Shown here: positions 8,375 through 19,000 of the stretch, piece after piece
Position numbering within the stretch: position 1 is the stretch's first letter
Layout of the letters: each line of letters starts with the position of its first letter
Assembly (NCBI GenBank): GCA_964422755.1
Contig: CAYRCP010000002.1
Coordinates: 1-50,608, forward strand
Length of the DNA: 50,608 nucleotides
Origin: an uncultured Bacteriovoracaceae bacterium
GTDB taxonomy: Bacteria > Desulfobacterota > Desulfomonilia > UBA1062
Direction: 5' to 3'
Notes under the pieces: model-generated
Database searches by the model: none
What the model was told of the DNA's origin: nothing
The model's input: the letters and a program-made list of their open reading frames with translations, nothing else
Made by a program: the position numbers and the translations under genes

Positions 8375-9913
8375 ATGCATGAACTCGTTGCTGTTCTCGA
8401 TTATGGCTCCCAATATGCCCAGCTTATTGCACGGCGCGTCAGAGAGTGCAGCGTCTACTGCGAAATCCTGCCTCATGACATCTCCTGCGAGGATCTGGCC
8501 CGCCTTGACCCGAAGGCCATTGTTCTCTCAGGCGGCCCTGCATCTGTGCTGCAGGAACCTCATCCGGGAATCGATCCGGAAATACTGGACCTTGGTGTTC
8601 CGGTCCTGGGAATCTGCTACGGCATGCAGCTCATGGCAAACGTTCTTGGAGGTGCTCTTGAGAAGGGCAACTCCGGGGAGTATGGACCGGCAACAATTGA
8701 AATCGTCTCATCTGAATCACTCTTTTGTGGACTTGAGAACACCATCAACGTATGGATGAGTCATGGGGATCAGGTCATATCGCTGCCTGATGGTTTCAGC
8801 ATTCTTGCCCATACCGGGGTGTGTCCCATCGCAGCAATGGGACAGTTGAAAAAAAAGCTCTTTGGTGTGCAGTTCCACCCTGAAGTAGTGCACACCCCCA
8901 AGGGCAAAAAAATCATCGAGAACTTCCTTTTCCAGATAGCCGGCTGCTCGGGTGATTGGAGCATGGCCGGATTCATCGAAGAGTCTATAAAAAATATCCG
9001 TGCAAAAGTAGGGGATTCCCGGTTGATCTGCGGTCTTTCCGGAGGCGTGGATTCAACGGTGGTAGCAGCCCTTCTCAACAGGGCCATCGGCAACCAGATG
9101 ACCGCAATCTTTGTGGACAATGGTCTGCTTCGCGCAGGTGAGGTTGAGGAAATCCGAAATCTTTTCACCGATGAATACCCGCTGAACCTCGATATCGTCG
9201 ATGCACGAAACATCTTTCTTGACCGGTTGAAAGGTATCACCGAGCCGGAAAAAAAGAGAAAGGCAATAGGCAACACCTTTATCGATGTGTTCTACCAGGA
9301 GGCAGACCGCTTAGGCGGAGCGGATTTTCTCGCCCAGGGAACCCTGTACCCTGACATAATCGAAAGCCGGTCTGCCAAGGGCGGACCGTCTGCAACCATC
9401 AAAAGTCATCATAATGTCGGAGGACTCCCTGAGGACCTGAAATTTGAATTGATAGAACCGCTGAAAGAACTCTTCAAGGATGAAGTCAGAGTTCTCGGCA
9501 GAGAACTCGGTCTGTCCGAGAAGCTGGTCAACCGGCAACCGTTCCCGGGACCAGGACTGGGCGTTCGCATCCTGGGCGAGGTGAATGCCGAAAATGTCAC
9601 AATCCTCCAGGAGGCGGACAAGAGGGTGCAGGAAGAGATTCAGAAGTTCGAGGGATATAAAGATATCTGGCAGTCATTTGCCGTGTTGCTTCCGGTCAAG
9701 AGCGTCGGCGTAATGGGTGATGAACGCACCTATGCAAATGTTATTGCAATACGGGCAGTCTCAAGCCTTGACGGCATGACGGCAAACTGGGTGAAGATTC
9801 CCTACGATATTCTGGCCAGGATATCTACCAGGATCATCAATGAGGTAAAAGGGGTAAACCGGGTTGTGTATGATATCAGCTCAAAACCGCCAAGTACCAT
9901 CGAGTGGGAGTGA
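8375..9913 (+). CDS. guaA: GMP synthase (glutamine-hydrolysing)
   Basis: GATase motifs GICYGMQL and QFHPE. ATP-PPase P-loop SGGVDSTV. Conserved C-terminus PPSTIEWE. Confidence 0.96.
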   Translation: MHELVAVLDYGSQYAQLIARRVRECSVYCEILPHDISCEDLARLDPKAIVLSGGPASVLQEPHPGIDPEILDLGVPVLGICYGMQLMANVLGGALEKGNSGEYGPATIEIVSSESLFCGLENTINVWMSHGDQVISLPDGFSILAHTGVCPIAAMGQLKKKLFGVQFHPEVVHTPKGKKIIENFLFQIAGCSGDWSMAGFIEESIKNIRAKVGDSRLICGLSGGVDSTVVAALLNRAIGNQMTAIFVDNGLLRAGEVEEIRNLFTDEYPLNLDIVDARNIFLDRLKGITEPEKKRKAIGNTFIDVFYQEADRLGGADFLAQGTLYPDIIESRSAKGGPSATIKSHHNVGGLPEDLKFELIEPLKELFKDEVRVLGRELGLSEKLVNRQPFPGPGLGVRILGEVNAENVTILQEADKRVQEEIQKFEGYKDIWQSFAVLLPVKSVGVMGDERTYANVIAIRAVSSLDGMTANWVKIPYDILARISTRIINEVKGVNRVVYDISSKPPSTIEWE

Positions 9914-10089
9914 GGACCGTTATTGAGGTTTATGTAACCAGAGAAGTGCATCTTAACCATTTAAAAAATACAAAGAACTATATACCGAATCAACATCACC
10001 ATTGGGGCCTGATATTGATATATGATTTCAGGTGAAACGTGTTTGAACACATAATTCATTAAAACTATCGATTAAGTGAGGTGCTTGAT

Positions 10090-11493
10090 ATGGGTGGGCT
10101 TTTTGGAATAGCTTCTCAGCACGATTGTGTACAGGACCTTTTTTACGGCACAGACTATCATTCTCATCTCGGGACAAAACGGGGAGGTCTCGCTGTTGTT
10201 AACCGGGAAGGCTTTACCCGTTCAATCCACAACATCGAAAATGCCTATTTCCGGTCAAAGTTCGAACCCGATCTCGCGGATTTCAGCGGAGGCAACGGCA
10301 TCGGGATCATCAGCGACAACGATGCACAACCCCTGATTATCAACTCGCACCTGGGCACTTTCGGCATTGTTACCGTCGGAAAAATAAATAATATTATCGA
10401 TCTGGGCAAAAAAGCCTTTTCGCAGAAAAAATATTTTGCCGAGACTTCCGGACACGATATCAATCCCACCGAACTTGTTGCAATGCTCATTTGCGAAGAA
10501 TCCACATTCGTCGATGGCATCAAAAATGTCTATGATTCCATAAAAGGGTCATGTTCCCTGCTGATCCTCACGCAGGAAGGCATTATCGCCGCCAGGGACA
10601 AGCTGGGAAGAACGCCGATCATTATCGGGAAAAAAGCCGGAGCCTTTGCTGCCTCGTCGGAATCATGCGCACTTACCAACCTTGACTATGAGATCGAATA
10701 TTACGTGGGGCCCGGAGAGATCGTTTCTCTCACCCCGGACGGCTATACACAGCTCAAAAAACCCGGCGATAAAATGCAGATCTGTTCCTTCCTCTGGGTT
10801 TACTATGGCTACCCGCCGTCAAACTACGAAAACATCAATGTCGAGATGGTTCGCTACCGGTGCGGAAAAACGCTTGCCAGAAACGATGATATAGAACCGG
10901 ACCTGGTATCGGGCATCCCGGATTCCGGGATAGGCCATGCTGTGGGATATGCCATGGAAAAACATATCCCCTATATGCGGCCCTATGTGAAATATACCCC
11001 CACCTGGCCGCGAAGCTTTATGCCCCAGACCCAGGACATGAGGGATCTTGTGGCCAAGATGAAACTCATCCCCAATAAGGCCCTGATCGAGGGGAAGAGA
11101 ATAGTATTCTGCGACGACTCCATTGTCCGCGGCACACAGCTGAAAGACAATGTACAGATCTTATACGATTACGGCGCTCTCGAAGTCCACATGCGCATCG
11201 CATGCCCTACCCTGATTTATCCGTGCGAATTCCTGAATTTCTCCAACTCCAGATCCACCCTGGACCTGGCAGGAAGGATGGCAATCCAGGAGCTCGAGGG
11301 AGAAGATGACAAAAACCTCGAAGAATATGCCAGGGCAGGCTCGGAGAAAAACCTGGCCATGGTCGAAAAAATCAGGGCACGTCTTGGACTGACCTCGCTC
11401 AAGTTCCAGAGCATGGACGACCTTGTGGAGGCCATCGGCATGCCCAAGGAAAAACTGTGCACCCACTGCTGGGACGGCAGCAGCTGTTTCTGA
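10090..11493 (+). CDS. Amidophosphoribosyltransferase (PurF)-like protein lacking the N-terminal catalytic Cys
   Basis: PRPP loop RIVFCDDSIVRGTQL and overall class-II amidotransferase + PRTase layout. The SD-like GTGAGG lies 8 nt before the ATG at 10090, giving the N-terminus MGGLFGI instead of MCG. The track start at GTG 10081 also contains no Cys. C-terminal Cys cluster CTHCWDGSSCF. Confidence 0.75.
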   Translation: MGGLFGIASQHDCVQDLFYGTDYHSHLGTKRGGLAVVNREGFTRSIHNIENAYFRSKFEPDLADFSGGNGIGIISDNDAQPLIINSHLGTFGIVTVGKINNIIDLGKKAFSQKKYFAETSGHDINPTELVAMLICEESTFVDGIKNVYDSIKGSCSLLILTQEGIIAARDKLGRTPIIIGKKAGAFAASSESCALTNLDYEIEYYVGPGEIVSLTPDGYTQLKKPGDKMQICSFLWVYYGYPPSNYENINVEMVRYRCGKTLARNDDIEPDLVSGIPDSGIGHAVGYAMEKHIPYMRPYVKYTPTWPRSFMPQTQDMRDLVAKMKLIPNKALIEGKRIVFCDDSIVRGTQLKDNVQILYDYGALEVHMRIACPTLIYPCEFLNFSNSRSTLDLAGRMAIQELEGEDDKNLEEYARAGSEKNLAMVEKIRARLGLTSLKFQSMDDLVEAIGMPKEKLCTHCWDGSSCF

Positions 11494-11932
11494 CAATCTC
11501 AGCTGAACGTACAGCTGTTTCTGTATCAGTTGTTTTTTGGTCGGCTTACACCCTCGGGGGTGCATCAAAAGTGCACGCCCGATTCTGTTTTTTTTGTGAA
11601 CATATGACCAGGCGAGATATCCTGCGACTGACACAAACACCTTGCCTGCAGCTTGCTTGGGGCTACTTCAGCCTTCAGCCTAAACAGTTTCAACCTGACT
11701 ACGTGAGTAGTCACATTATCTATGAAAATATGCGCCTTTTTTGTACCGAGCTATTTTTATATGCCTTTTCATTATTCTTCATTAAATTGAGCTTGTTCAT
11801 ATGCTGTCTGGGTGTTTTTTCTGCGTGTGTATCCAGATAACCCATTGATTAACATAATTATTTAACTGTTGTAAATTTATCTTCGATGTGATTAAGAAGA
11901 AGGGTTGAATCTGATACACAGGAGGTTTTCAC

Positions 11933-12961
11933 ATGCCGTTTACCGTTATCATTTGTAACAATTTTGATCATATGAGCGAAGTCGGAGCGGGTATAGTCAC
12001 CCAGGATATCAAGGACAAAACATCCAACGCTCATAGATACGTCCTGGGGCTCGCCACGGGCAATTCTCCCACCGGGCTGTACAAACATATCGCCAAGGCA
12101 GCCAATGCCGGAGAGTTCGACTCCTCCAAGATCCAGAGCTTCAATCTGGATGAATATATCGGACTGCCCGGTGACAATCCCCAGCAGCGCGCCCTGCACC
12201 CCGAAAGCTACAGCTATTTCATGGTACAGGAACTCTTCGCCCTGCTGCAAAAGAAATTTATGGAGACCTTTGTTCCCTGGGGGACCCTCATAGATCAGGC
12301 AAAACTGGTAGCCGAACTGGAAGCCAACCCTGCTGACTGGGAAGAGCAGGGTCATGACAAGGGAAAAGCCATTGTCATAAGGCCGGATGCATCATCCGAT
12401 TATCTCAGGTGGATACGGACCGATATCCTGGATGCCTACTGGAAGAAGATCGACGACAATGGCGGCATCGACCTCCATGTGATCGGTGTGGGCGGAAGGG
12501 GCCATGTAGCCTTCCATGAGTCCGGCATCCCCTTTGAAGACAACAGGATGCTCCTGGTCAAACTCGATGAAAACACCGTGGGTAACGCGGTGGACGACGG
12601 TCATTTTTCCTGCAGGGAGGACAGCCCTTGGTATGCCATCTCCATGGGGGCACAGCAGGTATATAAGGCAAAGACAGTGGTCCTTCTGGCAAACGGCGCC
12701 CGCAAGGCCGAACCTGTTGCCGAGTCACTGCTGAAGGAACCTACCCCCCAGATACCCATCTCGTATGGTCAGATTTATGCGAAAGGCGGCGGCAATATGA
12801 TCTATGTCATCGATAAGGCCGCGGCCGGGCATGTGCTGGAAAACATATCGACACTCAAGGAGAGAGGCATCGACGTAAAGGATATCAGCACACAGAGCGC
12901 ATCCATACCCGTGGACCAGCTCATGTTTTTCAGAAACCCGGAGATGGGCCTGCTGGGGTAA
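11933..12961 (+). CDS. Glucosamine-6-phosphate deaminase/isomerase (NagB)-family protein, long form
   Basis: LGLATGNSPTGLY, FNLDEYIGLP, HPESYSYFM and GVGGRGHVAFHESG parallel the E. coli NagB motifs. There is an extra insertion of about 40-50 aa and a C-terminal extension. SD is CAGGAGG. Confidence 0.75.
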   Translation: MPFTVIICNNFDHMSEVGAGIVTQDIKDKTSNAHRYVLGLATGNSPTGLYKHIAKAANAGEFDSSKIQSFNLDEYIGLPGDNPQQRALHPESYSYFMVQELFALLQKKFMETFVPWGTLIDQAKLVAELEANPADWEEQGHDKGKAIVIRPDASSDYLRWIRTDILDAYWKKIDDNGGIDLHVIGVGGRGHVAFHESGIPFEDNRMLLVKLDENTVGNAVDDGHFSCREDSPWYAISMGAQQVYKAKTVVLLANGARKAEPVAESLLKEPTPQIPISYGQIYAKGGGNMIYVIDKAAAGHVLENISTLKERGIDVKDISTQSASIPVDQLMFFRNPEMGLLG

Positions 12962-13059
12962 GGCAGATTGGAGCCTGGGGGTATATACACCTGATCTGGC
13001 CGAGTGGAAGTTAAAAAAGATTTTTCACCGCAGAGGCGCAGAGAACGCAGAGTAAGTCC

Positions 13060-13095
13060 ATGTATATTTGCCGGGAGATACCGGCAACTATACAT
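13060..13095. other. 15-bp near-perfect inverted repeat between convergent genes
   Basis: ATGTATATTTGCCGG-GAGATA-CCGGCAACTATACAT is 14/15 complementary. No U-tract follows on either strand. Confidence 0.6.
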
Positions 13096-13182
13096 GGTGA
13101 CTGCTCAAGTTATCACTGAGACGTAAACAGAACTTTATAGTATATACCCTGTATGTCTTCAGTCCGCGCCACAATAAAATAT

Positions 13183-14463
13183 CTAACGAAATGACGGAAG
13201 CTTTCCAAGGCAGGCAGCAGTGACCTCATCCACAATACTGCTCAGCCAACTGGTGCCGGCAGTGCGGAGATCTTGAGACAACCCCTGGATTGTTGCTATA
13301 TAATCAGCAGATTGATTTTGAATGACAGGGGTAAGAGAACCCAGGAACTCGTCTCTTCCTTCAATACTCCCCTGCGCATCCCTGAACCTTGTGAGTTCAC
13401 GCTCAATGTCGCCCCAGGAATCTGCAAGGTCGCGTTTCTGGCGTATGAGTTCTTCTTTTACATCACCGCCCATAATTCTCTGATACTCTTTAATCGAATA
13501 GTCCATCTTCTTAGCCACCGCGCCAAGACGCTTAATCCGCTCATCCAGTGCCATGTCGAGTTTTTCAAGTGCGCCTGCCAGCAGGGCCTGCTCCATTACA
13601 TCAGGGCCGAAGAATAAAGAACGGACATGCGTATACCATGCCTTTAAGGCAACGATGTTTGCTATATATCGAATACTGCCGAGCGTTTTCCTTTTGATCT
13701 CCCAGTAGACACCGGGAGCAAAATCCCTCGTTGTAGTCTTGAGAGCCTGGCCCATGACGATCTTCCCATCTTCAGGAATATCGCCCCTGAATACAGTCCC
13801 TGCGGCAATCACCGTACCGAAGCCGATGACGCTCGGCCCCACAATGCCTCCCTGCCCCCCGAGAAAGATGGGAGACTGGTTGAGCATGACCCCTCTGGGA
13901 ACATCACCTAAGAGCGAGGCGGTCGCCTTGTCCTGGTTCGGGGTATAGTTGAAGTGAATATACGAACTGCCGACCTCGCTGTGGTCTTTCCTGCTCGTCC
14001 CGCCTGCCATGAGGCAGTCGCAGAAATTGATCAGGCTGCCTAAGGTGACAAACGGCAGGAGAATGGTCTGTTTCAGACCGACGGTATGGGCTCCGCCTGC
14101 CTCTTCCTCGAGGATGCATGCATCCCGTACATGGGCGCCATAGGCCATGTTGGATTTATGGAGAAAAACGGATTTCTTGAAGAATCCGCCTTTGAGTTCG
14201 ACTTCGCGGCCGATCTGGCAGTCCTGAATCGTAACAGGGCCTTCCTGGCCGAGCTTCGTGCCGGCCATAATAACGGTCTTTTTCCCGTCTATCCTGCAGC
14301 CGGAATAGATCGTGACATCAGGAGAAATCATGTCCGGGTTAACGTCGCCTGCGATATCGACAGTGGCGGGATTTGGAATTACAACCCCTTTATCCAAGAG
14401 AAACTGTACCTTGTCATTCATATTATACTCCATGATGGCATCCGGTATTGAAGAATCAGGCAT
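13183..14463 (-). CDS. Left-handed beta-helix protein resembling the GlmU C-terminal acetyltransferase domain, with a roughly 170-aa helical C-terminal extension
   Basis: Hexapeptide-repeat region LLDKGVVIPNPATVDIAGDV ... GSSYIHFNYTPNQDK ... GFGTVIAAGTVF is collinear with the GlmU acetyltransferase half. There is no nucleotidyltransferase domain. It lies directly downstream of glmM. The start may be M15 (14421), which has GGAG 6 nt upstream. Confidence 0.65.
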   Translation of the reverse strand: MPDSSIPDAIMEYNMNDKVQFLLDKGVVIPNPATVDIAGDVNPDMISPDVTIYSGCRIDGKKTVIMAGTKLGQEGPVTIQDCQIGREVELKGGFFKKSVFLHKSNMAYGAHVRDACILEEEAGGAHTVGLKQTILLPFVTLGSLINFCDCLMAGGTSRKDHSEVGSSYIHFNYTPNQDKATASLLGDVPRGVMLNQSPIFLGGQGGIVGPSVIGFGTVIAAGTVFRGDIPEDGKIVMGQALKTTTRDFAPGVYWEIKRKTLGSIRYIANIVALKAWYTHVRSLFFGPDVMEQALLAGALEKLDMALDERIKRLGAVAKKMDYSIKEYQRIMGGDVKEELIRQKRDLADSWGDIERELTRFRDAQGSIEGRDEFLGSLTPVIQNQSADYIATIQGLSQDLRTAGTSWLSSIVDEVTAACLGKLPSFR

Positions 14464-14497
14464 GAGGGATCAGCGGCTGCCACCGGATTGATCCCTC
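14464..14497 (-). other. Perfect 9-bp stem hairpin filling the glmM / LbH-gene junction
   Basis: GAGGGATCA-N16-TGATCCCTC. The stem abuts the outermost ATG of the downstream gene, and no U-tract follows. Confidence 0.55.
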
Positions 14498-14516
14498 AAT
14501 GTTCAAATCTTTCGGT

Positions 14517-15866
14517 TTAGCCGATCTGTTCGGTTAACACATCGGCGATCTTCCTGCAGAAGATCTCGGTATCCTGCTGAGAAGGACCTTCCACCATAAC
14601 CCGGCACATATGCTGGGTGCCGGAATAGCGCACCAGGACCCTGCCCTTGTCCCCGAGTTCCTTTTCAACTTCCTGAATCACCTCGACGATCTCGGGGATC
14701 GTATTGATATCGGGCTTTGATTTCACATCGATATTGATGAGCCGCTGGGGGAATACCTTCATGATACCGGCCAGTTCCGACAATGGCTTGTCTTCATATT
14801 TCATGGCATTCAACAGCTGGAATGCCGCAATGATTCCATCACCTGTGGTATGATGATCGAGGAAAATGATGTGCCCTGAATCTTCTCCGCCGATCGAGGC
14901 ATTTTTTGCCAGCATCTCTTCAAGCACATATCTGTCGCCTACCTTGGTAGCCAAAGTCTTTGCCCCGAATTCCTTGAGCGCAAGGCCCAGCCCGATATTG
15001 CTCATTACCGTGCTCACCACCAGGTTCTTATTCAGCTTTCCCTGCTTCTTCATAACAGATGCGCATATCGCCATGATCTGATCGCCGGTTAACACATCTC
15101 CTTTTTCATCGACAGCAATAAGCCGGTCGCCGTCACCGTCAAAGGCAAACCCGACATGTGCCCTGTTTTTCACCACTTCATGGGCAAGGGTTTCCGGGTG
15201 CTGAGAACCGCAATCCTTGTTGATATTTCTTCCGTCCGGTTCATTGAAAAGGGGAATCACCTCTGCGCCGAGTTCAAAAAACGCTTCAGGCGCTACCTTG
15301 TAGGTTGCACCATTGGAGCAGTCCAGGACAATCTTCATGCCCTCGAGAGAGTATTCTGCAGCAAATGAGTTCTTCAAAAATACAATATAACGCCCCCGGG
15401 CATCTTCGATCCTGTATGCCTTGCCCATCTGAGCGGTATCGGCATGGAGACTGGCAAGATCATCCGTGTTGATAAGTTCCTCCAGCTCATCTTCTCTGGA
15501 ATCCGGCAGTTTGAATCCATCACGCGAGAAGATCTTTATGCCGTTGTCCTGATACGGATTGTGTGATGCCGAGATAACGATGCCCGCATCGGCCCGCATG
15601 CTCACGGTGAGAAATGCCACGCCGGGTGTTGTCATGGGTCCGACAAGTAATGCATCCGCACCCATGGAACAAATACCTGATACAAGGGCATTCTCCAGCA
15701 TATAACCCGAAAGCCTGGTATCCTTTCCAATCAGAATTCGTGGAGTATGTCCCTTTTTCCGTGAGATATATGCAATAGCCCGGCCCACCTTCATGGCCAT
15801 CTCTGCAGTCATGGGGTGAACATTTGCAACCCCCCTGATTCCATCGGTCCCGAAAAGTCTGCCCAT
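14517..15866 (-). CDS. glmM: Phosphoglucosamine mutase
   Basis: MGRLFGTDGIRG N-terminus (internal Met of the track ORF), phosphoserine loop SASHNPYQDNGIK, and motifs FDGDGDR and GGEDSGH. Confidence 0.95.
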   Translation of the reverse strand: MGRLFGTDGIRGVANVHPMTAEMAMKVGRAIAYISRKKGHTPRILIGKDTRLSGYMLENALVSGICSMGADALLVGPMTTPGVAFLTVSMRADAGIVISASHNPYQDNGIKIFSRDGFKLPDSREDELEELINTDDLASLHADTAQMGKAYRIEDARGRYIVFLKNSFAAEYSLEGMKIVLDCSNGATYKVAPEAFFELGAEVIPLFNEPDGRNINKDCGSQHPETLAHEVVKNRAHVGFAFDGDGDRLIAVDEKGDVLTGDQIMAICASVMKKQGKLNKNLVVSTVMSNIGLGLALKEFGAKTLATKVGDRYVLEEMLAKNASIGGEDSGHIIFLDHHTTGDGIIAAFQLLNAMKYEDKPLSELAGIMKVFPQRLINIDVKSKPDINTIPEIVEVIQEVEKELGDKGRVLVRYSGTQHMCRVMVEGPSQQDTEIFCRKIADVLTEQIG

Positions 15867-16091
15867 AGTAATATTCCCTCCATTAGCGTATTGACACACG
15901 CGGCTAACTACCACAAAGATATTATTGTTAACAACACAAAATTGTACTCACACCAGCATACTGCTTTGCTGTTATTTACCTATATTCGTGTATGATAATG
16001 ATACGTTATCTCCCTATTATCAAGCTCCATCTTGCATCTTCGTATAGACAGGGTTCTCGGCAAGACGTAGAGAAAACTCAAGGCCATGAGC

Positions 16092-19000
16092 TCAAGAGGA
16101 TACCATTTTTTCGCTTGTTTTCTTATCAATGAGCCCAAGGAGTTCTTCTATGCAGTAGTGCGACTCTGTTGATCTTTGAATTATGCCTGATATCGCCTCA
16201 TATCTCGATTTAAGCTGCTCAATCAGCGCAGGGTCGTCCTTTCGGGATAAGGAAATCAATTTTATCGCAGAAATAACATAAAGCCAGTACAGGAGGTCCT
16301 CCATGGATTCTTTGTTGTACCACCACATCCCGTCATACTCGTTTGCACCCAGATAGGACCTGACATCATTATCTGCAAGCATCTTCCTCATGAAGGGACC
16401 TTCCCCCTGGCCCCGCACATCGTCGTCCCAGTCCTGATACATGGTCAGAACGTCAATAAGGAGCACGTCGTATCCCGCAGCGTTCTCATCGAGGCCCAGG
16501 GTCATGAAGAAGCGGGAGACAACCCTGCCGAGCATCCATTCATCCATGATTGCCCTGCTTTTCAGGGAAACCTGCTCTTTCACAAAAAGGCAGCCGAGAC
16601 GGCTGACGATGCTCCAGACAAGGGGGATCCGCCACCAGAAAAAATCGGCAGGAACATCTTGAGGCACTCTGGAAAAGAGATATTTAACAGCCGGGATACT
16701 CTTTCCCGCCGAGAGCTCTCCCAGCTCATCCAGGCGAACCAGTGCCTCAACATAATCGTGAATAGCTTTATCCGCCAGGCGTTCATCTTTTTCTATCTGT
16801 TCATATTCCCGGGCCTCCATGAGGAAATGAGTTGCCCTGGTTCCGAACGCCTCCGGCACAGTTCCCTGCGCACGTCCATCGTTTAAGGTCCGGCTTAACA
16901 GATCGGCAGACAGCAGCTCACTGAACGGATCCAGGATCTTTTCCAGATACAACTCCTGCAGTGCGGCCATGACATCAGGCACCCCATGGCCCCCGAGCTT
17001 TTCACAGAGCCTTTGTACCTTACCGTCATAGTCTCTCATCTCACGGAAATTTGTCAGCACATTCAGCTTATAGGCCCCCAAGTGGATATGGAGACCTTCT
17101 TTGCACAGGGCATGACCCTGCCTGATAAATTCCAGATTGCTCAGACTGTCCTCATAGAGATAATAAAGGGAATCGTCATCAGCCAGCCTGAGAGATTCAC
17201 CCAGGCTCTTGTGCACGATGTGTCTCTTCCCCCCGCTCTCCTCACTCATAGCCACGGACCGTCGAACCCATCCTGTGGCATCTCCATAGCGGTTATTATA
17301 GAGTATTAACGCCTTTTCATCCCCTGAGACGTTTGAATAGGCAAATACGTCTTCATTCACCCCTCCGTCATCCCTTACTACATCATAGAACACAAAATTC
17401 TCTACGCCGGAAAAGAGGTGCCTTTTCTTCAGCAGGGGAAAGATCTCGCGTTCGTGGCGCCTGACCAGTTCTTGATCCACGCTCTCATCCCAGTAGGCCT
17501 GCGTATATTCCATGCCGTATTTCTCGGCAAACCCCTCGATCTGTCCATGACCGAACATGGGGAGTCCCGGCATGGTAACCATCATGGTGGCTACCCCAAA
17601 ATATTTGTCCTGCTTGCCGAACTGTTCGATTGCCGGTTCCTCATCGGGATTGTTCATGAAATTGACAAACCTTCGCAGGATCTCCGGGTTGAAGCGCAGC
17701 ACATTCTTGATCACATCGCGGTACTTGCTGTTCTCTTCAGACTTGAGCATATTCATGAATGCACTGTTGTACACCCGGTGCATTCCCAGACTCCTGACAA
17801 AATAGCCTTCCATGAGCCAGAATGCCTCTGCAAGCAGCAGGGTGTTGGGCGCCTCTACAGCCACCCTGTCAACCAGTTCGCGCCAGAACTCAACGGTAAA
17901 CAACCCGTCAAATGCCTCCTGCGAGACGCTGTGTTCAGAACGGGAGGGGATATCACCGCCATAACCGGGAAGCGGATACCAGAGCCGCTGGAAATGTCTC
18001 TTGGCAAGGGTCATGGCTGCATCGAACCGGATAATGGGAAAGTCCTTTGCAATCTCTATGGTGGTCCGGATAACCGCCTCGCGTACTTCGGGCTTTAAAA
18101 AATCGAGCTGGGCGGTGTCATTCCATGGCATGCTCGTGCCGTCATTGCCATGATAGATGTATTTTACCTCACCGGTAAAGCGGTCGACTCGCTGAAACAC
18201 CACTGCGGCATCCTGCTGGTTCCAGTAACCGTCCTCGATGCGGATTTCGACTCGATCGTCTCCGGACAGGTTTTCACTGGAAAAGCGGTATGCGGGGAAA
18301 GGGCTGGAATCAACCTGAACAAAACGTTCAGGATGTTCGATAACCCACTTGGAGTTGATACCCATATGGTTGGGCACCATATCGGTGCCGATCCTGATGC
18401 CATAGCCTCTTGCCCGGGCTTTGAGGTTCTCGAAGGATTCTTTGCCGCCGAGGTCATGGGCAATGACATAGTCATAGATGGAATATGCAGATGCCGCAGC
18501 CTGAGGGTTTCCGGTCATCTGCTTGATCTTTCTCGAGGCCGGACTCCTCTCCCATATCCCGATAAGCCACAGACCGGTAAAACCCCACCGTGCAAGGCTC
18601 TCGAGCTCCTGATCCGGGATATCGTCAAGCCGGGAGATCTCTCTGCCGTATTTTTTACCGAGTTGGTGGAGCCATACATAGACGCTCTTGGCAATGAGGA
18701 CAAGTCTCGGCATCCAGTCCTCATCAGGACTGAACCGTTCAATCTCTTCCAGTTCCACCGGTCCGAACCGGGGCACCAGTGCCGGCCCGGGGCCTGCGTG
18801 ACGGACCTTTTGTTCCTCTTTTATGAAGTCCATACCGCCAAGAATCCTGATGAGGAGCTCTGAAATGAGCCTTCCCCAGTGGGTACGAATATATTCCAGC
18901 TGAGCAGAGAGGGAATCGGGAGCAGCCCTGGCAGGGGCCAGAAGAAGATCGATGAGGCTCTGATTGTAGGGCCCGAATCCCGGCTGGGAAGAAAAATACT

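Noticed and set aside
11500-11540. CAGCTG-AACGTA-CAGCTG plus a T-rich run after the purF-like gene, considered as an intrinsic terminator.
   Set aside because: The stem is only 6 bp and the T-run is interrupted. This is too weak to report as a feature.
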